From Anaeramoeba ignava BMAN (taxonomy: Eukaryota > Protista > Anaeramoebae), in assembly GCA_028826165.1 (NCBI GenBank), contig JAPDFW010000061.1:310001-374000 (forward strand): a DNA stretch of 64,000 bases, given 5' to 3'. A model generated the notes under the pieces. It worked only from the letters and a program-made list of their open reading frames with translations. It was not told the DNA's origin and searched no databases. Position numbers and translations under genes: made by a program. Shown piece by piece: positions 53,188-64,000 of the stretch (position 1 is the first letter of the stretch; every line of letters begins with the position of its first letter).

Positions 53188-53454
53188 ACAAATTATTAAT
53201 TGAAAACAAAAACAAAAAAGAAAAAAGAAAAAAAAAAATTTTTTTAATTATTTTTAAATTAAAAATTTCTTCAGATTTAAAAAGCTCGATATATTTTTTT
53301 TCAACAAATAATTAAAATGTTGTTTTTATTTTATTCAGAGTTGTTTTATAATCATCATTAGAAATTTTATTTTATATTATTTTAATTAATTGAAAAATAA
53401 AAAAATGAAAAAAATATTTTTAAATTTTTTCATTTTTTTTCATTTTTCTTATAA

Positions 53455-56400
53455 ATGAATATTTGGGAAGCTTTTCAACAATTAGATTTTGAAATTTTAT
53501 ATAAAATTGAAAAAATTCCAAAAAAACAATTAGAAAAAGAAGGAGAAACAATTTTAAATTTTGCAATAGAACAACAAGCACCATTAGAAATAATAGAAAT
53601 TTTAATTAAAAAAAAAGCAAATCCAAATTCAATAAATCATTTTGGAAGAAATGCATTACATATTGCAATTATAAATAGTGCAGGAATTGATATAATTGAT
53701 TGTTTACTTAATTCAGGAGTATCAATTAATCAACAAGATCAAAAAAGCAAAACAGCTTTTCATTATTCAATAATTTATTTGGAAAAACCAAGTAGAATTG
53801 GAGTTATTAAATATTTGATTGAAAAAAATGCTGATATTTTTGCAAAAACTAAATTTGAGGAAACAGCTTTGCATTTTGCTTGTAAAAAAAAATCTCTTAA
53901 AGTTATCAAATTGTTAATTGAAGAAGGACTTGATGTGAATTCAAAAACAATTTATAATGAATCTCCTTTGCATTTCGCATGTCAATGGAGTTCGCTTGAA
54001 ATTATTGAGTATTTGATTCAAATTGGAGCTGATGTATTTGAAAAAACTAATTTTTTTGAAACAGTTTTGCATTTTGCATGCAGAAGTAATTCTCTTCAAA
54101 TTGTAAAATATTTAGTTGAAAAGGGAGTTGATTTAAATGCAAGAACATTCAAAAATGAAACAGTTTTGCATTTTGTATGTAGAAGTAATTCTCTTCAAAT
54201 TGTAAAATATTTAGTTGAAAAGGGAGTTGATTTAAATACAAGGACATTCAACAATGAAACAGTTTTGCATTTTGCATGCAGAAGTAATTCTCTTCAAATT
54301 GTAAAATATTTAGTTGAAAAGGGAGTTGATTTAAATGGAAGAACATTCAAAAATGAAACAGTTTTACATTTTGCATGTAGAAGCAATTCTCTTGATGTTA
54401 TTCAATTTTTGATTGAGAAAAGGTGCTGATTTAAACGCGAAAACAATTTTTGGAGAAACAATGCTACATTATGCTTGTGAAGGAAATTCTTCTGTTGAAG
54501 TTATTCAATTTTTGATTGAGAAAGGAATGAATATAAATTCAAGAACAAAATATCAGAACCAAACCCCTCTACATTTTGCTTGTTTCAGCAATTCCTTTGA
54601 GATTATCAAATACTTAGTTGAAAAAGGAGCGATTCTTAATTCAAAAACAGAAGAAAATATAGCACCATTACATTATGCATGCCTAAAAAAACCGGTTGAA
54701 GTAATTGAGTATTTGATTGAAAAAGGTGCTGATGTGCATCCAAGAGCAAAACAAAATGAAACAGTTTTGCATTTTGCTTGCACATCAAATTCGATCAAAG
54801 TTATACAATATTTGATTGATAAGGGAGTTAATATTTCCCAGAAAACAAGTGATGATGAAACTGCTTTACATTATGCGTGCAAACAAAATTCAATAAAAGT
54901 TATTGAGTATTTGATTGAAAAAAAACAGGATATTACTGCAGAAACAAAAAATAGTAAGAATGTTTTGCATATTGCTTGTCGGAGTAATTCGTTGGAATTT
55001 ATTAAGTATTTGATTCGAAAAAAAGCGGAGATTAAAGCAAGAACAAAATATCGAAACCAAACGCTTTTGCATTTTGCTTGTGAAAGAAACTCAGTTGATA
55101 TTATTAAATATTTAATTGAAGGCGGTGTAAATATCAACGAAAGGACGTTCACCAGCAAATCACCTTTACATATTGCTTGCAGAAACAATTCATTTGAAGT
55201 AATCAAATATTTGATTGAGAATGGAGCATTTGTGAAGGCAAAAACAGACTATAATGAAACAATTTTGCACTACGCTTGCAGATCAAATTCGGTTGATGTT
55301 ATCAAATACTTGATTGAAAAGGGAGTGAATGTTTTCCAGAAAACAAACTTTGATCAAACACCTCTTCATATTGCCTGTCAGAGCAATTCATTGGATGTTA
55401 TTGAATATCTTACCTCAAAAAGACTGAATATCAATTCAATAACAAATCGAAATGAACTTGCTTTCCATTTTGCTTGTCGATATAACTCACTTGAAGTAAT
55501 TCAATATTTAGTGGAAAATGGAGTTGATATCAATGCAAAAACATCCTATAATAAATCCCCTTTGCATTTTGCTTGTCAAAATAATTCTTTGGAGGTTATT
55601 GAGTATTTAATTTCAAAAGGAGCCGATATAAACGCAAAAACGAAAAGACAAGAAAATGTTTTACATTTAGCTTGCAGAAGTAATTCGCTTGATGTTATCA
55701 AATTACTAGTCGGAAATGGACTTGATATCAAACAAAAAACAAATTTTAATGAAACAACTTTGCATTTTGCTTGTCAAAACACTTATATTGAAGTTATTGA
55801 ATATTTGGTTGAAAAGGGAGTTGACATAAATGCCAAAACAGATGAAAAAGAAACAGCTTTGCATATGGCTTGTGAAAGGAATTTACTTCAATTTAATAAA
55901 TTTGCTATTCCCAAACAATGTGATTATGATTCAAGAAGGAAAACCGAAAATCAAACAATTTTGCACTTGTTTCATGAAAACAATTTGGAAAATGATTTTA
56001 TCAAACTTCTTATTGAAAAGGGTGCTTATATCGATGAAAAAAACAATTTTAATGAAACACCACTTTCTATTGCAATTAGAAATCGAAATCAAAACAAAAT
56101 CAAAATTTTGTTAATGAATGATGCAAGTATTTATTCATTAAAAGAAAAGGAAATTACACAAGATTTTCTTGATCTATTTCGCAATATTTACTCAATTAAT
56201 CAAGACATGTGCAATTTCATGAATATACAGGATAACTTTTCAGATTTGCAAATTCAATCAAGTGATTCCTTCAAAATGGATGTTCATAAATTCATTCTTT
56301 TAACCAGATTTGATGGAGATCAATTGCTTTTCCAAAGATTCATTAATATTTGCAGAACAAAGACAAAAGAAGACATACAAATGATTTTGAGTTTTCTTTA

Positions 56401-56959
56401 TACAGGATTTTGCGATTTTGAAACTATTGATCAAAAATTGGATCAACAATTGAAACAAAACATTCAAAATGCTTTGAAAACAAAGAAATTTGTTATAGTC
56501 AAAAAAAATGAAAATGGGAAATTAATTTTTGAAGGTGTTGAAGAAAAACAGAATAAAAAGTTAGAAAATTTTTTCAAAGAAATTGGATTAGATTCAAAAT
56601 GGATTAAATCAAAAAAAGGAAGAAAAGGAATATTAAATGATTTCCATTGTTTATATGAAGAAAAATACATAAAAAAAGATTTTACGATAATTTGTGAAGA
56701 AAGAGAAATTAAAGTTCATAAATTAATATTAATATTAAGAAGTGAATTATTTAAAGGAATGTTTTTATCAGTAACTAATGACAATTCAAATCAAGTTCAT
56801 GATTATTCAGGGAAATCATTTGAATCACTGAATCAATTAATTTATTTTTTTTATCATGACAATTTTGAAGAAGGGAAATTAAATCAATGTAATATTGAAG
56901 AACTTGAAGATGCAAAAGAATTTTATCAATTAAATCACAACTTGAATTTTGATTATTAA
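53455..56959 (+). CDS. Ankyrin-BTB-BTB protein, copy A6 (frameshift near 54420; C-terminus shortened)
   Basis: MNIWE start, ankyrin array with 99-bp near-perfect repeats, BTB-BTB; extra A in gagaaaaggt. Confidence 0.88.
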
Positions 56960-57260
56960 ATTTATTAATTAATAAATCAAATAAATTTGGATTTGTTTGA
57001 TTTAATTGAAAATAATCAATTCCAATTTGAATTTCATCAATAATTTCTTGTGTAATTTGAATTTCATCTTTTAATTTGATTTGAATAAATCCAATATTCA
57101 AATATTTGAAATGATTTATTACTTAATTCACTATAATCTGTAACTTTATTTGAAGTATCATTTGTTACAGATAAAAACATTCCTTGATATAATTCACTTC
57201 TCATTATTAATATTAATTTGGGAAATTTATATTGTTTTTCTTTTCTTTCAATTATAAAAT
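56945..57260 (-). pseudogene. 3' fragment of an RCC1-BTB-BTB gene (BTB2 only)
   Basis: Near-identical to 60877-61190 (KQYKFPKLILIMRSELY.GMFLSVT..NPNLFDLLINKFNNQN); similarity stops abruptly at about 57260. Confidence 0.85.
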
Positions 57261-57264
57261 AGTT

Positions 57265-57545
57265 TAATTTATTTATTTCAAAAATGGAATAAAGAATATT
57301 AAATAATTAAATTTAAAATTAATTATATTTTATATATTTTATTAATATTTCTTTATTTAAAATAATATAAAATTATTCCCAATAATTTAATAAAATTAAT
57401 AAAATATTTTCACTAATTTATTTCAAAAATGGAATAAAGAATATTAAATAATTAAATTTGAAATTAATTATATTTTTATATATTTTTATTAATATTTCTT
57501 TATTTAAGATAATATAAAATTATTCTCAATAATTTAATAAAATTG
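57265..57545. repeat. About 145-bp tandem duplication (2 copies)
   Basis: atttatttcaaaaatggaataaagaatattaaataattaaattt recurs with its C at 57279 and 57424. Confidence 0.85.
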
Positions 57546-58327
57546 AGAAGAAAATTGAAATATTTTTAATAAAGATATATATTTAATTTTAATAATATTT
57601 AATAATAATTAAATTTAAATTTATTTTATTTTAATTTAATTTAATATTTTTATTTATTATTATTTTATTTATTATTTCAATTTTAATTATAATAAAATAT
57701 ATTAAATAATTGGAATAAATATTTTTTAAGATAATTTATTATTTTAATAATTTAATTTAAATTTATTTTATTTTAATTTGAAATAATGTTTTATTTATTA
57801 TATTAATATTTTTTATTTATTTATTATTCCAATTTTAATTATAATAAAATATATTAAAAATAAAATTAAAAATTAAAAATTTTAAATAAATTGAATTTAA
57901 CATGATTGAATAAGATAAACTTTCTAAAAATAATTTACTAATTATTCCATTTTTGATTTTGATTATAATTTATTAATATTTAAATATTAATTAATAATAA
58001 ATTTTATTTGATTTTTATTTTAATATTTTAATTAATGAATTTAAATTTAATTATTATTAATTTCTATTTTTCAATTTTTATTTTTATTTATTATATTAAA
58101 AATATTCAATTTTTTAAAATTTATTATTTTTTTTTTTTGGATTATTTTTTATTAATTAAATTTTTAATAAATATTTTAAATTAAAATTAAATTATTTAAA
58201 ATTAAATTTGTTTCTTATTTATTATTTTAAAGAAATTAATTTGATTAAAAGTAAATTAAAATTGAATTAAATTTTGAAAAAAAAAATTAAAAAAAAAAAG
58301 TTTGATTTTCTTATTATTAATTAATTT

Positions 58328-60053
58328 TTAAATGAAATAAGTTTCAAGTTCATCAACAATCCATTTATCATAAGAACCAGCTAAATAACTTTTACCTGAA
58401 TCTGTATTCCAAGTAATTCCATTAGGTGGATTATAACTATAACCAAAATTTGACCAACCAGTTTGTAAATTAGAATTTATTCCAAAATCACTTCCACCAC
58501 CAAACCATGGACCATAATTTAAATTAGAACAAATTGCACGATCTTGTTTATATGTAAACTTTACAGGTATTCTATCTCCTTTATCATTTCTTAATGAAAA
58601 AATAAATGCATTTGAGTCATTAATGTTTTCTCCATTTTGTGAATATTTAAATCCAACTTGAGTAAAACCTCCAAAAATAAAATTTTGTTTTGTTTTGATA
58701 ATAACTAATGTTTTTCCTTTCCCATCAACTGCTTTATGCCAATTTTGAGAATTAAATCCATCTTTTTTTGCTGAAAATCCTTTTTTCATTTTAGAAAAAA
58801 AATCATTATCATTTATCCATTCTTGTAATTTCTCAACATATTCTTCTTCTGTAATAATTCTTGTTTCTGAAAATTGAGGAAAATTCTTTCTTAATTCTTG
58901 CATTTTCTTTTCATATTCATCAAAAGCAGGTTTCATTTTCTCAATTTCTTTGTTTTTATCTTCAATTTCTTTCTTCCATTTCTCTTCAATTTCTTTGTTT
59001 TTCTCTTCAATTTCTTTCTCTTTATTCTCAACTTCTTTGTTTTTATCTTCAATTTCTTTCTCTTTATCCTCAATTTCCTTGTTTTTCTCTTCAATTTCTT
59101 TGTTTTTATTTTCAATTTCTTTATTTTTATTCTCGACTTCTTTCTTCCATTTCTCTTCAATTTCTTTCTCTTTGTTTTCAATTTCCTTTTGATTATCTTG
59201 AATAACTTTGTTTTGAATATCAACTAAAAAAGATTTAGGAAAAAAATCAAATTGTTTTAATTTATCAAAATCTTGTTTTGAAATTGAATCTTTATCAAAT
59301 AATGAAAAAAAAGAATGAAATAATCTTTTCTTTGCAATTCCCTTTTCTTTTTCTTTTTCTTTTTCTTTCTTTCCTTTTAATCTCTTATTTCTTTTTTTAA
59401 TCCAATTATTTAAAAATTGAAAAAAATCAAATTGAAAAATTTCTTTTTTTTCTTGTTTAAATTGAATAAATTTGATAATTTCTTCTTTAGTTAAATTGAA
59501 TAAATTCTCATTATTTTGAATTTGGGAAAAATTTTGATTTATTAATTCAAAACATTTAATTTCAATTTCATTTGAATTTAAATTTCGATTTTGGAATAAA
59601 AATTGGAAAAATTTGAATAATTAATTGAATTTGAAATTTTTTTTGAATAATTTCTTTCAATAAATTTAATTTAAAATAAATTGAAATTTCTAATAATTGA
59701 ATAAGATTTTCTTGATTCTCAAAAAGAAATATTTCCATAATAAATATAACTCAAAATTGATTCCATTTCTTTTTATTAAATTGATTTAAAGAAATAGAAA
59801 GAGATTCTTGCCTTAATGACTCATTAAAAAAAGGAGATCTTGAAGATAAAATTGATTTATGAACTTTAATTTCAAAAGGATTTGATTTATTCTCAACAAA
59901 AATTGAAAAATCTTTAAATGAATTTCCATTTAAAAGGTTTGAATAATTTTTAATTAAACTTTTTGTTACTTTTTTTTCTAAATTTTTCATTTCATTTTCA
60001 TTTTCATTTTGATTTGCATTTTGAATTTGGTTATTATTATTATTATTATCCAT
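58328..60053 (-). CDS. BTB-BACK-coiled coil-TLDc protein (several homopolymer frameshifts at 59600-59775)
   Basis: BTB: FKDFSIFV..IKVHKSILSSRSPFF. TLDc: FSAKKDGFNSQNWHKAVDGKGKTLVIIKT..IFGGFT..AFIFSL..GPWFG..YLAG..VDELETY. Confidence 0.85.
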
Positions 60054-60454
60054 TTTGTTTTTGTTTTTGTTTTTGTTTTTGTTTTTGTTTTTTTTAAAAA
60101 GGAAAAATGAAAAATTTAAATAAAAAAAATGAATAAAAAGTGGATTTTGAAAATAAATAAAAATATAAAAATGAGAATAAATTTAAATTAATAATTAATT
60201 TAATTTTCTTTTTAATTTATTATTTTAAATTAATTTATTAATAAATTATTATTATTTTTATTAATTTTTATTTATTAAAAAAAAGGAAAATTATTTTAAT
60301 TTAATTTTTAATTTAATTTTTTTTTTGAATTTAAAAATTATTAATAAATTTAAATTTTAAAACAAATTTCCAAATTAATATTAATTCAATTTAATTCAAA
60401 AAGATAAAATTTTAATTTCAAAAAAATCAATTTTCAAAATATTTTTAAACAATA

Positions 60455-60860
60455 AAATATTTAAATCTAAAACATTAATAAATTATTATTTTAATAATAA
60501 AATTAAATAGTAAATTATATTTTTAAATCAATTTATAAATTAAATATTAAATTAAATCTATTCTTATTTTTTATATTTATATGTTAAATATTTAAATAAT
60601 AAAAATATTTAAATCTAAAAAACATTAAATTATTATTTTTAATAATAAAATTAAATATTAAATTATATTTTTAAATTAATTTATAAATTAAATATTAAAT
60701 CAAATCTATTCTCATTTTTTATATTTATATGTTAAATATTTAAATAATAAAATATTTAAATCTAAAACATTAAATTATTATTTTAATAATAAAATTAAAT
60801 ATTAAATTATATTTTTAAATTAATTTATAAATTAAATATTAAATTAAATTTTAATTTTAA
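60455..60860. repeat. About 147-bp tandem repeat (about 2.7 copies) between the RCC1-BTB and TLDc genes
   Basis: aatatttaaatctaaaa recurs with tctaa at 60466, 60614 and 60761. Confidence 0.88.
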
Positions 60861-60874
60861 TTTTGATTTTAATT

Positions 60875-62647
60875 TTAATTTTGATTATTAAATTTATTAA
60901 TTAATAAATCAAATAAATTTGGATTTGTTTGATTTAATTGAAAATAATCAATTCCAATTTGAATTTCATCAATAATTTCTTGTGTAATTTCAATTTCTTC
61001 TTTAATTTGATTTGAATAAATCCAATATTCAAATATTTGAAATGATTTATTACTTAATTCACTATAATCTGTAACTTTATTAGATTTATCTTCAGTTACA
61101 GATAAAAACATTCCTCGATATAATTCACTTCTCATTATTAATATTAATTTAGGAAATTTATATTGTTTTTCTTTTCTTTCAATAATAAAATCTTTTTCAT
61201 TTTCATTTTCATTTAAATAAATTCTTTTCATTGTTTCTTCAATTTTTTCATTTGAATTTATAATTTCTTTAATTTCAGAATATAATTTTGGATTTATTAT
61301 TCTGTTTGAATAAATCATTTCAAATATTTGATTTGATTCTTTAATTGATTTTTTTGAAATAATTTCTTGAAGTTTTTCAATTTGATTTTGATTTTGATCT
61401 AATCTATATTTCAATATTAATTTATGAGCTTCAATTATTTCTCCATTTTCGGTTTTAAATGAAATATCACAAAATTCTTTTCTTCTAAATAATTTTATCA
61501 AATCTTCTTCAAGATTGGAAAAAGAAGGAAGAGAATAATAAATAAATGAATTGTTAAATCCACAAGAAATATGATAATTAGAAATATTTTCATTAAATCT
61601 TAATTTAGGAAGTTCAATTTGAATTGGAATTAATTGATTTTCTTTTGTATTTTCAGTTCCTAATTCCCCATATTCATTAATTCCAAATCCAATTAATTTT
61701 GAATTGGATGACAAAATCAAAGTTTGTCTAAATCCACAAGAAAAATCAAGAATATCATCATCATTTTCAAATAAAGATGATTTGATTTCAGTAAATTCAT
61801 AAGTATCTTCATTTCTGCCAAGTCCATTATATTGGTAATTTCCACATGAATAAAGTTTTCTTTTTGGATTTTGATTTTCATTTTCAATCATCATTATTGA
61901 ATAATAAATTCCACATTTAATATCAATTATTTTGCCTTTTGGAATATTTTGGATTTTGGTTAATTTTTGGATTTTCATTTCTTTTCTTGATTCTCCTAAT
62001 CCAACTTGACCATAATCATTATATCCGCATCCAAATAATTCTTGATTTGAATTCAAAAGAAAAATATGATAAGATATAATTCCTGAAAATATTTTAGAAA
62101 CATTTTTCATCATTAAAATTGGTTTTTCTGTTTTTGGAAGTGTTTTAGAATCAAAACCAAGTTGACCATTAAAATTTGAACCAATTCCATAAACATTTTG
62201 ATTTGAAGTTAATAAGTAAATTGTAAAACCTCCAGAAACAATATCTTGAATTATTCTATCATTTTTATCTTCAATTAATGATGAAATATTGATAAATTCT
62301 TTTGGATTATTTGGATTAATATTTTCTCCTTTGGCAAATACATTTCCTTCTATTGTTAAAATAGCTTCATTTCGATAACCAACAGTTACTTTTTGAATAT
62401 TTTCTTCAATTTGAATTTTTTCAGGATTTTGATTTGAATAATCTTCATTTAAATATTCTATTGCTTTTCCATTTTCAAAAAGGAAAATTATTGCAAAATT
62501 TGAAGTTGAAATTTGTTTAATTTGTTTTTCATTTTCATTTTCATTTTCATTTTCAAATTTAAATTGAATTGGTTTTGTTATTTCATTTGGTTCATTTTTG
62601 ATAAGTTTTGGATTTTGATTTTGACCAAAAAATAAAATTTCATTCAT
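60875..62647 (-). CDS. RCC1-repeat + tandem BTB protein
   Basis: RCC1 blades (VYGIGSNFNGQLG, GCGYNDYGQVGLG, IKCGIYYS, GFGINEYGELG); BTB1 FCDISF..IEAHKLILKYR; BTB2 LILIMRSELYRGMFLSV. Confidence 0.9.
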   Translation of the reverse strand: MNEILFFGQNQNPKLIKNEPNEITKPIQFKFENENENENEKQIKQISTSNFAIIFLFENGKAIEYLNEDYSNQNPEKIQIEENIQKVTVGYRNEAILTIEGNVFAKGENINPNNPKEFINISSLIEDKNDRIIQDIVSGGFTIYLLTSNQNVYGIGSNFNGQLGFDSKTLPKTEKPILMMKNVSKIFSGIISYHIFLLNSNQELFGCGYNDYGQVGLGESRKEMKIQKLTKIQNIPKGKIIDIKCGIYYSIMMIENENQNPKRKLYSCGNYQYNGLGRNEDTYEFTEIKSSLFENDDDILDFSCGFRQTLILSSNSKLIGFGINEYGELGTENTKENQLIPIQIELPKLRFNENISNYHISCGFNNSFIYYSLPSFSNLEEDLIKLFRRKEFCDISFKTENGEIIEAHKLILKYRLDQNQNQIEKLQEIISKKSIKESNQIFEMIYSNRIINPKLYSEIKEIINSNEKIEETMKRIYLNENENEKDFIIERKEKQYKFPKLILIMRSELYRGMFLSVTEDKSNKVTDYSELSNKSFQIFEYWIYSNQIKEEIEITQEIIDEIQIGIDYFQLNQTNPNLFDLLINKFNNQN

Positions 62648-62657
62648 TTTTGAAAAG

Positions 62658-62674
62658 AAAAAAAATGAAAAAAA
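62658..62674 (-). promoter_or_regulatory. TCATTT motif on the minus strand before RCC1-BTB
   Basis: aaaaaaaatgaaaaaaa (reverse complement of T7CAT8) about 10 nt upstream of ATG 62647, so the motif follows gene orientation. Confidence 0.65.
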
Positions 62675-62748
62675 TAAATTTTTAATTTTAATTTTAATTT
62701 TAATTTTAATTTTAATTTTGGAAAAGAAAGAAATATGAAAAATAGTTT

Positions 62749-64000
62749 TTAAATGAAATAAGTCTCAAGTTCTTTGACAACCCATTCATCATAGGATCCA
62801 GCTAAATAACTTTTAGCTCTCTTCGTTCCATATTTAATTCCATTGGGCAAATTGTAACTCACACCAAAATCTGAATAACCAGATTTTAAATTAGAATTTA
62901 AATCAATATCATCATTGCCAAAACATGAACCTCTATCTAAACGATAATAAATCGCATTTTGTTCTTCATCTTGTTTAATTGTGAATTTCTTTGATTTTCT
63001 TTTATTTGTACTATTTCTTAATGAAAAAATAAATGCATTTGGATCTGGAATATATCTTGAATCTCCTGTCATAAATCCAACTTGAGTAAAACCTCCAAAA
63101 ATAAAATTATCTTTTGTTTTGATAATAACTAATGTTTTTCCTTTATCATCAACTGCTTTATGCCAATTTTGAGAATCAAATCCATCTCTTTTTGCTGAAT
63201 ATCCCAATTTCATTTTAGAAAAGAATTCATCATCATTTATCCATTCTTTTAATTTCTTAACATATTCAATATTTTTAATAATTTCTGAATCTGAAAAAAT
63301 ATTCAACCATTTCTTTCTATATTCTTCTTCATATTCATTAAAAACTGGTTTCATTTTCTCGATTTCCTTCCTTTGATCTTCAACTTTTTTCTTCCATTTC
63401 TTATCAATTTCTTTATCTTTTTTATCAATCTCAATTTTCATTTGTTGGTTTTCTTTTTGATTGTGTTGAATAACTTTGTTTTGAATATTAATGAAAAAAG
63501 AATTTGGAAGAGAAGGATCAAATTTTTTCAATTTAACAAAATCTTGTTTTGAAATTGAATCTTTATCAAATAATGAAAAAAAAGAATGAAATAATTTTTT
63601 CTTCATGTTCTCTTTGTGCTCGAATTTGTTTAATTTGAATAAATTAACTCTTTTTTCAATCCAATTATTTAAAAATTGAAAAAAATCAAATTGAAAAATT
63701 TCTTTTTTTTCTTGTTTAAATTGAATAAATTTGATAATTTCTTCTTTAGTTAAATTGAATAAATTCTCATTATTTTGAATTTTGGAAAAGTTTTGATTTA
63801 TTAATTCAAAACATTTTATTTCAATTTCATTTGAATTTAAATTTCGATTTTGGAATAAAAATTGGAAAAAATTTGAATAATTAATTGAATTTAAAATTTT
63901 TTTTGAATAATTTCTTTCAATAAATCTAATTTAAAATAAATTGAAATTTCTAATAATTGGATAAGATTTTCTTGATTCTCAAAAGAAATATTTCCATAAT
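62749..64000 (-). CDS. BTB-BACK-TLDc protein, second copy, 5' end beyond the window
   Basis: 63660-64000 is nearly identical to 59400-59740; TLDc motifs as in the first copy. Confidence 0.85.

Noticed and set aside
1-64000. tRNA, rRNA or transposase genes; alternative genetic code
   Set aside because: None recognisable by eye; TAA, TAG and TGA all terminate conserved genes.

Overview
Very AT-rich, gene-dense, intron-containing eukaryotic nuclear DNA. The gene families (ankyrin-BTB-BTB, RCC1-BTB-BTB, BTB-BACK-TLDc) and a parabasalid-like TCATTT initiator suggest an Anaeramoeba-like anaerobic protist; this is inferred, not verified. Layout: (1) 1-3.8 kb: a satellite-filled intron, the last exon of a histone-fold gene, and an A20 zinc-finger gene. 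(2) 3.85-23 kb: five intronless ankyrin-BTB-BTB genes in tandem. A secreted, intron-containing, bacterial-type cyanophycinase sits inside this array and appears to carry an ankyrin-gene promoter and start. (3) 23-53 kb: housekeeping genes, namely a RING-less MAT1, Furry/TAO3, a PX-PH protein, a hidden 72-aa V-ATPase e-like gene, a RING-less RAD5-like helicase, a REJ/GPS membrane protein, RPN6, MIOS and a divergent ALG6. (4) 53-64 kb: a sixth ankyrin-BTB-BTB gene, then a duplicated [BTB-BACK-TLDc + RCC1-BTB-BTB] cassette. Top findings: a probable U12 (minor-spliceosome) intron with AT-AA ends in MIOS; the chimeric cyanophycinase; a modular BTB adaptor repertoire with shared C-termini and shuffled recognition repeats; a near-universal T-rich TCATTT promoter motif. 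Many single-base frameshifts fall in homopolymers and are probably assembly errors. All gene models were spliced by eye and all family calls come from motif recognition, not database searches.
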